From: Thermoguttaceae bacterium
Lineage (GTDB): Bacteria; Planctomycetota; Planctomycetia; Pirellulales; Thermoguttaceae
Direction: 5' to 3'
DNA length: 55,475 bases
NCBI GenBank assembly: GCA_049509395.1
Contig: JBEKZY010000040.1
Location: 1 to 55,475 of the forward strand
Below the pieces are notes generated by a model. That model was not told where the DNA came from. It saw only the letters and a program-made list of their open reading frames with translations, and did not search any database. This document shows, piece by piece, positions 27,213 through 36,826 of the stretch. The position numbers and the translations under genes were made by a program. The first letter of the stretch is position 1. Each line of letters begins with the position of its first letter.

Positions 27213-27248
27213 CTCGTTCCCATGCTCAGCCTGGGAACGAGATTTTTG
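27213..27248 (+). terminator. rho-independent terminator of the 23169..27134 gene
   Basis: CTCGTTCCCA-tgctcagcc-TGGGAACGAG followed by ATTTTTGG. Confidence 0.6.
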
Positions 27249-27264
27249 GTAAGGAGCAATAGGA

Positions 27265-27624
27265 ATGTACGAACATCACCGGGAACCGCTGTTGCCGAGG
27301 AAAATGTTCATCCGCCGCTTCGCACTGCACTGCTTGCTTGCATGCGGAGTGATTGCAACGTCGTTGGGGATAGGCGTCCTTGGATATCACATCTTGGAAG
27401 GGCTGCCCTGGATCGATTCGCTGCTTAACGCCTCGATGATCCTGGGCGGGATGGGTCCGGTAAATCCGCTGGCCTCGACCGCCGGAAAACTGTTCGCTTC
27501 ATTCTACGCTTTGTTTTCGGGCATATTATTTTTGGTGATCGCCAGCATTCTCATGGCCCCGGTCGTGCACCGCTTCCTGCACAAGCTGCATCTGAACGTA
27601 GAAGAGGACGAACAAAAAAAGTAG
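27265..27624 (+). CDS. two-TM ion-channel-like protein with divergent pore loop
   Basis: 119 aa with a TM1 - pore-helix-like - TM2 layout. WIDSLLNASMILGGMGPVNP..GKLFASFYALFSGILFLV parallels the W..a.Yf...T.tTvGYGD..P...gk.f region of K+ channels. The filter is LGGMGP instead of TVGYGD. Confidence 0.45.
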   Translation: MYEHHREPLLPRKMFIRRFALHCLLACGVIATSLGIGVLGYHILEGLPWIDSLLNASMILGGMGPVNPLASTAGKLFASFYALFSGILFLVIASILMAPVVHRFLHKLHLNVEEDEQKK

Positions 27625-27732
27625 ATTGGCTTTTCATCTGCGCTTCATGCCCACGCAAGAGTGAGTACGGCACCCGGCTAATGACCCGAGGCCGCGTGTA
27701 TCGACCGAACATTGCCAGTGGCACCCGGCATA

Positions 27733-28110
27733 TCATCCTTGTCCTCTGCTCTTATGTAAGTCGTTGGAATTCTTGTAGAGCAGGACCATGACGGTGATGA
27801 TGTTGAAAAACAAACCGAGGAAGAACCAACCCCAGGCATTCCGTCCTGTGTTCTGAGCCCACAACGCGCAGAAAACGCCGAACAGAAAGAAAGCGACGCC
27901 CGCGTCTCCGTGCTGATGAATTTGGCTCTCCAAACTTGAAATCCTGGAATCCAAATTCTGGTTGTGCTGTGTCTCCTGCTCCAAACGAGCAACTTTGGAC
28001 TCCAAGTTTTGGATTCGCTGCTCTTCCTGCTGAGCGAACGACTGGATAGGTGAGATCAAGATCAGTAAAGCAACTGCGGTGAGCAAGGTGATGGTGGTGA
28101 TCTTTGTCAT
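27733..28110 (-). CDS. secreted/membrane protein with coiled-coil heptads and two C-terminal TM helices
   Basis: Signal peptide (TLLTAVALLILISPIQSFAQ), repeated NLESKVARLEQ / NLDSRISSLESQ, and a hydrophobic C-terminal half. Confidence 0.5.
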   Translation of the reverse strand: MTKITTITLLTAVALLILISPIQSFAQQEEQRIQNLESKVARLEQETQHNQNLDSRISSLESQIHQHGDAGVAFFLFGVFCALWAQNTGRNAWGWFFLGLFFNIITVMVLLYKNSNDLHKSRGQG

Positions 28111-28259
28111 AACATGTGACCCTCGGTTAATAGGTATTAGACCGCTTCCAAGCGGTCAAGATCAACTAGAATTATGGTGATATATCATATGCATTGTCAA
28201 TCGGGGCGAAATTCGCCCAGCGCGAGTCTGGGTGTAATGATTTAGGGAAGAATTAAGTC

Positions 28260-28784
28260 TTAATGAAAACCGATTTGGCGATTACTTTTACCCTCCACCG
28301 GTTTCATCAATTGCCGGATTGCATCGAAAACTACTTTAAATTGCGAGTCATATTTTTTTTCCAAAGCCTCAAGCTTGCGGGCCAATTCAACATTCGAAGC
28401 CAGCATCCGCCGCAGTCGAACGAATGCACGCATAATCTCCACATTCACGTCAATCGCCCGGGGACTACGTAATACATTGGAAAGCATGGCCACCCCTTGT
28501 TCCGTGAAGGCATAAGGAGCATAACGCCTCCCGCCGCGACTAGTTGAAATGTTTGAGGTCACAATTTGTGACCTCAAAAGGTCAAACTCTTCTTTGTTTA
28601 GTCGGAACATAAAATCCATTGGGAATCTTTTGATATTTCGTTTGACAGCTTGGAGCAAGACCTTAGTTCCCACTCCGTACAATTCCGCTAAATCCTTATC
28701 CAGCATCACCTTTTGATCGCGGATAAAAAGAATACAACATTCAATCCGATCCGCCGGAATCAAACTGGTTTTTTTATCTGTCAT
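28260..28784 (-). CDS. ORF6N (KilA-N-like) domain DNA-binding protein
   Basis: [39 protein letters not shown]...E...LRSQIVTS...[23 protein letters not shown] is the typical ORF6N signature. Confidence 0.85.
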   Translation of the reverse strand: MTDKKTSLIPADRIECCILFIRDQKVMLDKDLAELYGVGTKVLLQAVKRNIKRFPMDFMFRLNKEEFDLLRSQIVTSNISTSRGGRRYAPYAFTEQGVAMLSNVLRSPRAIDVNVEIMRAFVRLRRMLASNVELARKLEALEKKYDSQFKVVFDAIRQLMKPVEGKSNRQIGFH

Positions 28785-28851
28785 GACCGTAGTATATCAA
28801 GATGATGCAAAAAGCATATAGTATTCTGAATGTGCTAAAGTCCAACGAAAA

Positions 28852-28873
28852 CCCCCGGTGTATTCACCGGGGG
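28852..28873 (-). terminator. GC hairpin downstream of the DUF4912 gene, second copy of the 19379 motif
   Basis: CCCCCGGTG-tatt-CACCGGGGG; on the minus strand it is followed by TTTTCG. The flanks AAA..GCTAAATA match the copy at 19375-19408. Confidence 0.45.
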
Positions 28874-28921
28874 CTAAATACTTATCGGGGGGTAAAAATG
28901 TTTTATGATTAATGGCCGTTT

Positions 28922-29930
28922 TTAATCGCTGGCTTCGCGGATCATGGGTTCCATGATCTTCGTGTTGCGATCGATCGACAGAACGATGGTCCGCTGTTCG
29001 CCGCCGCTGGGGCTGCTGGCGACAACTGGCAGAATGTGGCGGCGTTCGGGCAGATTGAAGCGGACGGCGAAAGTGCCGTCGTCGCGGAGCCGCACTTTTT
29101 CCTTCGCTGTTTGCGCCCGCGCCTTCGCCCATGCCGAATTGGGTCGCAATCGTGTCGCCCATCGGCCGCTTGAGGCGTTCTTCAAAAACTTCTTTCAGAT
29201 CGCCGCGGTTTTCCGGCTCGCTGTAACCGCCGCTCAAGGCGAAGATGCGCTCGAAATCCTTGGCCACCTCGGACCAGTTCTTGTCGAAGGTGTTTTCCTT
29301 GCCGGCCTCGGGAGTCGTGACCACGTTGCTGCGGGCAAGGCAGAAGAACCTGCCGGCGGCCGACAGGTAACCAATTTCCAATTGAAAAGTCTTGGGCGGA
29401 TCGCGGACGTCGATGTACCAATTGTTCACGCCGCCGTGAATTTCGATGTCGCGCTCGACTTTCCGCGCCGATACGATGGTCCCCTCGCGAAGCACCTGGT
29501 ACAGCCGCAGCATCGGCCGCGAAGAGTGCCAGTGCTGATTCATCGCCACCCGCGCCCGATTGATGCTCCGCCGATCCAACTCCCAATATGCATGGAGCCA
29601 GAAAGGATCGCGGACCATGACCACCAGCCGGTCTTTGCTTTGGCCGCTGCCGTCCGTCTGGAAGGAAAGGTCCTTGATTTGCGAGAATTTTTCTTTGATC
29701 TTAATCAGCCGGCATTCAGCATTTTCGTGATGGGGTGCGAATTTGGCATTGCCGTTTCCGGTTCGCCGCTGATTTTCACGATTGGAAAGGTTTGAGCGAA
29801 CATGCTTCAGCAAGGCTTTGACCAGTTCATCTTTGCGCATGGCGTGCCAACCCGGCACTTTTTGCTTTTTGGCCAGATTGGCGAGATCTCTCACCGTTCG
29901 CGTCTTTAGATCAGCGGGGGTCATCGGCAT
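28922..29930 (-). pseudogene. DUF4912 protein with Rho-N/SAP-like N-terminus, frameshifted near its C-terminus
   Basis: The N-terminus is VRDLANLAKKQKVPGWHAMRKDELVKALL and the DUF4912 core is VRDPFWLHAYWEL. The conserved C-terminal segment (VRLRDDGTFAVRFNLPERRHILPVVASS..EQRTIVLSIDRNTKI) lies in another frame (ORF 28922..29185). The frames join if one base of the A5 run (T5 at 29096-29100 on the plus strand) is removed. Confidence 0.7.
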
Positions 29931-30483
29931 TCCTACGGTATTATTTGACTCTCTTTAAAAGGCTCTCTATAAGGGAACAATCCCCAGTTGCGCGAGCCCC
30001 CACACCTTGCTTTTACTACGGAAAAGCTCGCTGGCTGGGTCGGTCAATCGTTAAGTCTACGGTAACGAGGCCCCAATTCGTCGGATACACTGCCGGTTAG
30101 GTGCCCTCGGTTAGGTAGGCTTTACTTGTTAATCCGGGTAAAACAGGCTAGTCCGGCAGTATTGATTATATCATTAAATGCTTTTTTCGCAATGATTTTC
30201 ATTAAAAGCGAAGACGATTAAGACGCTGATCTATAGTCCTAAGTCATTGATAATGAATTACTTATGAATCTCAGACAGTATAAGAGATATTAATTTTAAC
30301 AGCAAAATTGCATTAAAATCTTTAGCCGCCAATATGCTCTTATTATGCTCTGGCAGGGAATGGAAAAGGATAAGATAATAAGCCGGTCTTTTGGTCGATT
30401 ATCAACAATCTGCCTTGTTAATTAGCCTTAATTATCCGGTTTTTCAGCCATTTTTCAGCAAACGAGCCCGAACCTGCCTTGAA

Positions 30484-30711
30484 ATGGATAATTTGCCCGA
30501 CGACCGGTCTTCGTATGCCAATGCGATGGTATGGGTATCGCGTATTACCTCCATCTCGATAGAAATGGTTCTGCCCGGAGTGATCGGATACTATTTGATC
30601 GATCGGTGGTTGGGGACAAAAGTGGTTTTTTTAATCCTGGGATTGATTTTGGGCTTTGTGGGCGGAATATGGCAACTGATTAAATTAACGAAACAAAACG
30701 GCAGCCATTAA
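30484..30711 (+). CDS. AtpZ/AtpI-family small membrane protein (ATP synthase operon gene 1)
   Basis: Two TM helices (VSRITSISIEMVLPGVIGYYLIDRWLGT, FLILGLILGFVGGIWQLI), positioned first in the atp operon. The start is taken at the ATG at 30484. Confidence 0.6.
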   Translation: MDNLPDDRSSYANAMVWVSRITSISIEMVLPGVIGYYLIDRWLGTKVVFLILGLILGFVGGIWQLIKLTKQNGSH

Positions 30712-30723
30712 AACTATAAAACC

Positions 30724-31140
30724 ATGTGGCAAACTTTGCGCAGACAAGGCATTTTCATCCGCACTCTGGCGGTTGTGATCTTTGATATATTGTTGCTGGC
30801 TGTTATAACGCCATTTATATTGGTTTTTGGTTCGGCATGGAGTTTGGTTGCCGCGGGTGTAGCCGCCGGACTGTGCACTGCAGGCGCGGTTTTAGGGCTC
30901 TGGATCCATCATGTTTTTGCTGATCCCAAAATGGCGTTAACCGCGCTCTTGCTGAGCATGGCTGTAAACATGGGCGTACCCTTGGCGTTCGGGGTGGCCA
31001 TCCATCTCTACGGTGGGCCACTTTCCGAATCGGGATTCTTGTACTATCTTTTATTCTTTTACTTGTTGACGCTGGCAATGAAAACCGTGTTGATATTGCC
31101 ATTACCGCGGCAAACCGTGCCGGGCAACCATAGTTCTTAG
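30724..31140 (+). CDS. AtpI-like hydrophobic protein
   Basis: 138-aa four-TM protein immediately upstream of atpB. Assignment is by position and hydrophobicity only. Confidence 0.5.
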   Translation: MWQTLRRQGIFIRTLAVVIFDILLLAVITPFILVFGSAWSLVAAGVAAGLCTAGAVLGLWIHHVFADPKMALTALLLSMAVNMGVPLAFGVAIHLYGGPLSESGFLYYLLFFYLLTLAMKTVLILPLPRQTVPGNHSS

Positions 31141-31159
31141 GAAACGGAAATTCCAAGCG

Positions 31160-31960
31160 ATGGCCAATCCCGTAAAAATCGCTGAGCACGTTAAAGATAG
31201 CAACATGTTTGAGTTGCCGTTTCAGTATCATATAGACCTTCCAAAGGTGTTTGGGCTGCAACTGACGAAGTTCATGGTGCTCGAGATGGTGGCGGCGGTT
31301 CTGATGATGTTGATTTTCATCCCCTTGGCGCGACGCGCCGCTCGGGGCGATTTGCCCAAAGGGCGATTCATAAACATGTTCGAAGTGATGGTGTTATTCA
31401 TTCGCGATCAGGTGGTGCGCCCGGCCATCGGACACGGCGCCGATAAATATCTGCCGTTTATTTGGACTTTGTTTTTCTTTATTTTGTTTTGCAATCTGCT
31501 GGGTCTAGCGCCCTGGGCGGGGTCGCCCACTGCTGAGTTGAGCGTTACGGCCGCTTTGGCGACACTGGCCTTTCTGATTACCATCGGATCGGGCATGGCG
31601 CGTTTCGGCACGGTCAAGTTTTGGCTCGGTCTCTGTCCCCCCATGGACTTGCCCAAGCCCATGGCGGTGTTTCTCGTACCCATGATTTTGAGCATCGAAA
31701 TTATGAGTTTGTTCATCAAACACGTCATCTTGGCCATACGTCTTTTAGCCAACATGTTCGCCGGGCATTTGGTCCTGGCGGTGATTTTATTTTTTATCGT
31801 GGACACAGCGACCTCACTGATCTGGTACGGAGTGATGCCTGCCAGCGTTCTTGGCGTCACGACCCTGGACCTGTTGGAGTTGTTATTTGCGTTTATTCAA
31901 GCATATATTTTTGCGTTTTTAACGGCGTTGTTCATCGGCATGGCGGTCCATCAGCATTAG
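31160..31960 (+). CDS. atpB: F0F1 ATP synthase subunit a
   Basis: ILAIRLLANMFAGHLVL (essential Arg motif), polytopic, 266 aa. Confidence 0.9.
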   Translation: MANPVKIAEHVKDSNMFELPFQYHIDLPKVFGLQLTKFMVLEMVAAVLMMLIFIPLARRAARGDLPKGRFINMFEVMVLFIRDQVVRPAIGHGADKYLPFIWTLFFFILFCNLLGLAPWAGSPTAELSVTAALATLAFLITIGSGMARFGTVKFWLGLCPPMDLPKPMAVFLVPMILSIEIMSLFIKHVILAIRLLANMFAGHLVLAVILFFIVDTATSLIWYGVMPASVLGVTTLDLLELLFAFIQAYIFAFLTALFIGMAVHQH

Positions 31961-32003
31961 TTTGCCCTGGTCGCGGCGCCGATATTAACTTTTTTGCAAG
32001 GAG

Positions 32004-32321
32004 ATGGAACCCGTGAATAGAGCGTTGAAAATTGCAGTATTGTGTATCGTCGTTTTGTCGGCGATGGCCATGCCCGCTTGGGCCCAAGGCACAGGCGGCG
32101 GCGGTGGAGCCAGTTTTTCCATTCTACAGGGTGCCGCGTTTGGCGCGGGCCTGGTAATTCTCGGCGCCGGATACGGCATCGGACGCATCGGTTCCTGCGC
32201 GGTGGAGAGCATGGCCCGGCAACCGGAAGTGGCCGGAAATATCCAGACGGCAATGATCATTTCGGCCGCTCTGATCGAAGGGGTAACCCTTTTCGCTTTG
32301 CTTGTATGTTTGATAAAGTAA
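32004..32321 (+). CDS. atpE: F0F1 ATP synthase subunit c
   Basis: GAGYGIGRIG..ESMARQPE..ISAALIEGVTLFALLV hairpin with the carboxylate Glu. The N-terminal extension may reflect a later true start (internal Met codons at residues 21/23). Confidence 0.9.
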   Translation: MEPVNRALKIAVLCIVVLSAMAMPAWAQGTGGGGGASFSILQGAAFGAGLVILGAGYGIGRIGSCAVESMARQPEVAGNIQTAMIISAALIEGVTLFALLVCLIK

Positions 32322-32430
32322 AACGACAGGCGGGCAATGCAATGTTGCCAACCTGTACGCGCCTGCTAATTTTGTAAATGCGTTTTTAATGTTTTAAATA
32401 TTCATACGTCGGCCTTCCAGAGGCAATGGC

Positions 32431-33126
32431 ATGATGACTCCAAACAGGTCGTGTGGAAGAATTTTAGTTGCTACACTGGTCGCGATATATTTTATCGGGC
32501 TTGCACACTGGGCATTGGCTGAATCGGCTGCACATTCCACAGCCGCTACCGCCCCCGGAGCATCGGACGAATCAATTTCTAAAGAATCGTCAGGCGCAAG
32601 TCAAGAAACGGCGATCAATCCCCTGGAGTTTAAAACAGATTTAGCACTCTGGACAGCGGTCGTATTCCTGTTGCTTTTGGCCGTGCTCTGGAAATTCGCC
32701 TGGGGACCGCTGGCCGAAGGTCTCGACAAGCGGGAGCGACATATCGCCGATCAGATCTTCCAGGCAAACGAGGCCAATCAAAAGGCCAAGGATTTGCTCG
32801 CCGACTACGAAAAAAAATTGGCCGATTCGCAGAACGAGGTACGGGCGATTTTGGAAAAAGGCCGTCGCGACGCCGACCAGGTCGGACGCGCCATGCTCGA
32901 AAAGGCCAAGGCCGACGCCAAGGCCGAAGGCGAGCGGATGCTCAAACAGATCGACGCCGCCACCACCAGCGCGATCAAGGAACTGGCCGACCGCAGCGCG
33001 GCTTTGGCCGTGGAATTGGCCGGCAAGATCGTCCATGCCAGGCTCAACCCCAAGGATCACGCCAAGCTAATCGAGCAGGCCGTGGCGGGGTTCGCCGAGG
33101 GTAAAAGCGGAATAAGTAGAAATTAA
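32431..33126 (+). CDS. atpF: F0F1 ATP synthase subunit b
   Basis: Single TM (LWTAVVFLLLLAVLWKFAW) followed by a long charged helix (LDKRERHIADQI..EANQKAKDLLADYEKKL). Confidence 0.85.
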   Translation: MMTPNRSCGRILVATLVAIYFIGLAHWALAESAAHSTAATAPGASDESISKESSGASQETAINPLEFKTDLALWTAVVFLLLLAVLWKFAWGPLAEGLDKRERHIADQIFQANEANQKAKDLLADYEKKLADSQNEVRAILEKGRRDADQVGRAMLEKAKADAKAEGERMLKQIDAATTSAIKELADRSAALAVELAGKIVHARLNPKDHAKLIEQAVAGFAEGKSGISRN

Positions 33127-33212
33127 TTTGTTTAGCCGCGAGCCGAAGGCGAGCGGGAAGAGCGCTCGCCCTCGGCTCGCCGCTAAACAGAACGGCCCGG
33201 ATCGAGGCCGAC

Positions 33213-33809
33213 GTGAGCGTCGAGCACATTGCCGAGGTTTACGCCCGGGCTTTCTTGGACGCGGCCGAAAGCGCCGGGCAAACCCAGGCCCTGCTGGCGG
33301 AATTCGACTCGCTCGTGGCCGATATGTTCGACCGGCACCCCAAGTTCGAGGCGATAATCTGCTCGACAATGATATCGCACGATGAGATAGCGGGCGTGTT
33401 GGACCGCGTGCTGGGCGGCCGGGCGTCGCCGTTATTGCTGAACTTTCTCAAGGTGCTTTCACGGCACCGCCGCCTGGACTGTTTGCGGCAGATTCACCGC
33501 CGCCTGCATGCCTTGTACGACGTGCTTCAAAACCGCGTCAGAGTGCGATTGACCACGGCCGCGCCGCTGAGCACCGAATTGGCCAGCCGCATCCGCATTG
33601 CCCTGCGCGGCAAGCTCGAAGGCGAGCCGGTCCTGGAACTGGCCGTCGATCCCAAGCTCATCGGCGGGGCGGTGCTTCGCCTGGGCGACACCGTTTATGA
33701 CAGCTCGATCGCCAACCAATTGCAAATTCTCCGTCAACAAATGATGGACAGGAGTGCCCATGAAATTCAAAGCCGACGAAATCGCTTCCGTAATCCGGCA
33801 GGAAATTGA
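33213..33809 (+). CDS. atpH: F0F1 ATP synthase subunit delta (OSCP)
   Basis: GTG start with [15 protein letters not shown]-terminus, ..[17 protein letters not shown], and the expected position between atpF and atpA. Confidence 0.8.
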   Translation: MSVEHIAEVYARAFLDAAESAGQTQALLAEFDSLVADMFDRHPKFEAIICSTMISHDEIAGVLDRVLGGRASPLLLNFLKVLSRHRRLDCLRQIHRRLHALYDVLQNRVRVRLTTAAPLSTELASRIRIALRGKLEGEPVLELAVDPKLIGGAVLRLGDTVYDSSIANQLQILRQQMMDRSAHEIQSRRNRFRNPAGN

Positions 33810-35295
33810 GCAGTACGAATCCCGCATCGACGTCCGCGAAGTGGGCCGGGTGATCGAGTTGGGCGACGGCATCGCCCGGGTTTACGGCCTGTCCGGCGTG
33901 ATGTCGGGCGAGATGGTCGAGTTTCCCGGCGGCATAATCGGATTGGCCTTCAACCTCGAAGAAAATTCCGTGGGCGTGATCATCCTGGGCGATTACCTGA
34001 AAATCAGCAGCGGCGACGAAGTCCGCAGCACCGGGCGATTGCTCTCCGTGCCCGTGGGCGACGCCGTCTTAGGCCGCGTGATCGACCCGCTGGGAAATCC
34101 CCTGGACGGCGGCGGACCAATCGTCTCCACCCAGCGCAGAGCGGTGGAATCGGACGCCCCGGGCGTTGCCGGACGACAGCCGGTGAAGGTGCCCTTGCAA
34201 ACCGGCATCAAGGCCATCGACTCCATGACTCCCATCGGCCGCGGCCAGCGCGAGTTGATCATCGGCGACCGGAAAACGGGCAAAACGGCCATCTGCATCG
34301 ACACCATCATCAATCAAAAAGGCACGGGCGTAAAATGCTTTTACGTGGCCATCGGGCAAAAGGAATCGACCGTGGCCGGGCTTATCGAGGTGCTGCGCAA
34401 GTACGAGGCCATGGACTACACCACGGTGATCGTGGCCGGGGCCAGCGATCCGGCCCCGCTGCAATATATCGCCCCATACGCCGGCTGCGCAATGGCCGAA
34501 TATTTTACCTACAAGGGCGGCGACACGCTGGTGATTTACGACGATCTTTCCAAACAAGCCGTGGCATATCGGCAACTGTCGCTTTTGATGCGCCGCCCGC
34601 CCGGTCGCGAGGCATACCCGGGCGATATCTTCTATTGCCACAGCCGGCTCTTGGAACGCGCCGCCAAACTGAGCGACAAACTGGGCGGCGGATCGCTTAC
34701 GGCCCTGCCAATTGTGGAGACGCTCGAAGGCGAGGTGTCGGCCTACATTCCCACAAATGTAATCTCCATCACCGACGGGCAGATTTATCTCCAGCCCGAC
34801 CTGTTCTTCGCCGGCCAGCGCCCGGCCATGAACGTGGGCATATCGGTCTCGCGGGTGGGCGGAGCGGCCCAAGTGCCGGCCATGAAAAAAGTTGCCGGCG
34901 GCCTGCGCCTCGATCTGGCCGCATTCCGCGAACTCGAGGCCTTTGCCCAACTGGGCACCGATTTGGACGCCGCCACCCAGTCCCGGCTCGACCGCGGCTA
35001 TCACATGACCGAACTCCTCAAGCAAGGCCTGTATCAGCCCATGCACGTGACCGACCAGGTGCTGAGCATCTACGCCGGCACCCGCGGATACTTGGATAAA
35101 ATCCCCGTCGGCGAAGTCCACAATTGGGAGCAAGGCTTCCTGCAATTCATCCATGATGAAAGAGCCGACATTTGGAAAAAGATCACCGACAGTAAACAAA
35201 TCGACGATGCCGGCATGGCCGCCGTGGATCAGGCCATCGCCGAATTTCAGAAACGTTACGCCGCGGAACATTCCAAGGCAACCGTGACAGTGTAA
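33760..35295 (+). CDS. atpA: F0F1 ATP synthase subunit alpha
   Basis: P-loop [37 protein letters not shown]. The ATG at 33760 is preceded by GGAG; the ORF track starts 6 nt earlier at a GTG. Confidence 0.97.
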   Translation: MKFKADEIASVIRQEIEQYESRIDVREVGRVIELGDGIARVYGLSGVMSGEMVEFPGGIIGLAFNLEENSVGVIILGDYLKISSGDEVRSTGRLLSVPVGDAVLGRVIDPLGNPLDGGGPIVSTQRRAVESDAPGVAGRQPVKVPLQTGIKAIDSMTPIGRGQRELIIGDRKTGKTAICIDTIINQKGTGVKCFYVAIGQKESTVAGLIEVLRKYEAMDYTTVIVAGASDPAPLQYIAPYAGCAMAEYFTYKGGDTLVIYDDLSKQAVAYRQLSLLMRRPPGREAYPGDIFYCHSRLLERAAKLSDKLGGGSLTALPIVETLEGEVSAYIPTNVISITDGQIYLQPDLFFAGQRPAMNVGISVSRVGGAAQVPAMKKVAGGLRLDLAAFRELEAFAQLGTDLDAATQSRLDRGYHMTELLKQGLYQPMHVTDQVLSIYAGTRGYLDKIPVGEVHNWEQGFLQFIHDERADIWKKITDSKQIDDAGMAAVDQAIAEFQKRYAAEHSKATVTV

Positions 35296-35300
35296 CAAAT

Positions 35301-35347
35301 ATTGCAAATTGTAAATTGCAAAATGCAAATTGCAAATTGAATAAAAG
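35301..35347. repeat. (ATTGCAA)n heptad array R1, 6 nt after the atpA stop
   Basis: ATTGCAAATTGTAAATTGCAAAATGCAAATTGCAAATTGA differs at one position from the 40-nt array after atpG (37714-37753). Confidence 0.9.
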
Positions 35348-35352
35348 ATAAA

Positions 35353-35721
35353 ATGGGATCACATCGCAGTAAACATTCGACTTGCAAAATCGCGGGAATA
35401 AAATTGCCTTCTAAATGGCCGCCTATTCCTGACAATATTGGCAAATTGCGACAAATAAAAACAATCGACGGACGTATACAGCATATTAAAATTGAAGGTG
35501 AAATAATTCGACCACAAAATAATTGTGATAATAAAATTATTGTTCTTCAAAAAATAAGGTTTGTGGAAGAGGAAAGGATTGAATTCCGATTTGCATATTA
35601 CATGATCGGCGTGAAACCGCGGGCACGAGGGAAATGGATTTGGGGTCAGTTTTGCCTTATGATTCCAAAAGATGATTTGAAAGTATTACTGCGTGAAGCC
35701 AAAAAAAGAAAATGGTTTTGA
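35353..35721 (+). CDS. AT-rich orphan hypothetical protein inserted in the atp operon
   Basis: 122-aa ORF on the same strand as the atp genes. Composition is clearly more AT-rich than its neighbours. No recognisable domain (..EFRFAYYMIGVKPRARGKWIWGQF..). Confidence 0.45.
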   Translation: MGSHRSKHSTCKIAGIKLPSKWPPIPDNIGKLRQIKTIDGRIQHIKIEGEIIRPQNNCDNKIIVLQKIRFVEEERIEFRFAYYMIGVKPRARGKWIWGQFCLMIPKDDLKVLLREAKKRKWF

Positions 35722-35751
35722 AAGAAAATACAAGCCCTGAAAGGGTTTGAA

Positions 35752-35953
35752 TTCGCCCAGCCCAGGGCAACGCCCTGGGTGAGGTGGGCCGCAACGCAAT
35801 TATTTGTTTTGTTATTGCGTGATCGGTCCAACGGACCAACAATTCGTTGTTGGACGGATCGAACGGTTGGCCCGTTGGGCCGACAATGAACATAACGTAA
35901 CCCACGAACCCAGGGCGTTGCCCTGGGCTGGGAGAACATAGGGCCTTCGGCCC
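35752..35953. repeat. REP-like nested-hairpin block, copy 1 (upstream of RAYT)
   Basis: It starts TTCGCCCAGCCCAGGGCAACGCCCTGGGTGAGG and ends CCCAGGGCGTTGCCCTGGGCTGGGAGAAC..GGGCCTTCGGCCC. It is nearly identical to 36565-36768 in the same orientation. Confidence 0.85.
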
Positions 35954-35989
35954 GTGAATAGATAATTGAGCTTTGCTCCGGAGAACAAT

Positions 35990-36445
35990 ATGCCGCAATC
36001 TTTGGCTCGCATCTGGTTGCACATCGTGTTCAGCACCAAAGAGCGGCGGGCGTATCTCCAGAATACGGAAATTCGCGACGAGATGTTCCGCATGTTGGGA
36101 CATCACGCCAAGGAAGCAGGTTGTCCCCCGGTCCGCGTAGGAGGTTGGATCGACCATGTGCATGTATTGTGTGGATTGGCCCGCACAATAACAGTCGCTG
36201 AGTTAGTTGAAATTATGAAACGTGAAACGTCGAAGTGGATCAAGCAGCGAGCAACCGATTTGAGCACATTTCATTGGCAAAACGGATATGGAGCATTTTC
36301 GGTGAGCCAGTCGAATGTCAATCAAGTAATAGAATACATTGATCATCAACCGAATCACCACGGACGCATGACGTTTCAAGAAGAGTTTCGCGCCTTATGC
36401 GCAAAGCATAATATACAAATAGATGAACAGTACGCATGGGAATAG
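35990..36445 (+). CDS. IS200-like Y1 (HUH) transposase, REP-associated tyrosine transposase (RAYT) type
   Basis: IWLHIVFSTKERR, HUH motif DHVHVL, FHWQNGYGAFSVS catalytic Tyr region and YIDHQPNHH. It is flanked by REP-like blocks. Confidence 0.85.
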   Translation: MPQSLARIWLHIVFSTKERRAYLQNTEIRDEMFRMLGHHAKEAGCPPVRVGGWIDHVHVLCGLARTITVAELVEIMKRETSKWIKQRATDLSTFHWQNGYGAFSVSQSNVNQVIEYIDHQPNHHGRMTFQEEFRALCAKHNIQIDEQYAWE

Positions 36446-36564
36446 GTAGATACATGATTTCCGAAAGAAAACAAGACTTATGCCCCCGAAGGGGCACGGG
36501 TTCGTTCAGAATAATATTTTTACAACGACGTGGTTTATGTGTTTTTGCCCCGAAGGGGCACCGG

Positions 36565-36768
36565 TTCGCCCAGCCCAGGGCAACGCCCTGGGTGAGGTGG
36601 GCCGCAACGTAATTATTTGTTTTGTTTGTGCGTGTTCGGTCCAACGGACCAACAATTCGTTATTGGACGGATCGAACGGTTGGCCCGTTGAGCCGACAAT
36701 GGATGTTATGGCGTTCCCGAGCCCCAGGGCGTTGCCCTGGGCTGGGAGAACAAGGGGCCTTCGGCCCG
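36565..36768. repeat. REP-like nested-hairpin block, copy 2 (downstream of RAYT)
   Basis: Direct repeat of 35752-35953 with scattered substitutions. It is preceded by two TGCCCC-gaa-GGGGCA C(G/C)GGTTCG hairpins at 36481-36503 and 36546-36568. Confidence 0.85.
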
Positions 36769-36826
36769 AAACTGAAAACCGTAAACCTTAAATCGTAAAC
36801 TGAAAACCGACAACTGATAATTATCC

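Noticed and set aside
34069-35328. 419-aa antisense ORF across atpA (similar cases at 38697..39680 and 38858..39856 across atpD)
   Set aside because: It is antisense or off-frame to highly conserved ATP synthase genes. The composition is biased (Gly/Ala/His/Arg) and no motifs are present.
36800-36815. Recurrent CCGACAA heptamer upstream of atpG and atpC, after the 939-aa gene and inside the REP blocks
   Set aside because: About six occurrences of a 7-mer are expected by chance on both strands of a window this size. There is no consistent spacing to start codons.
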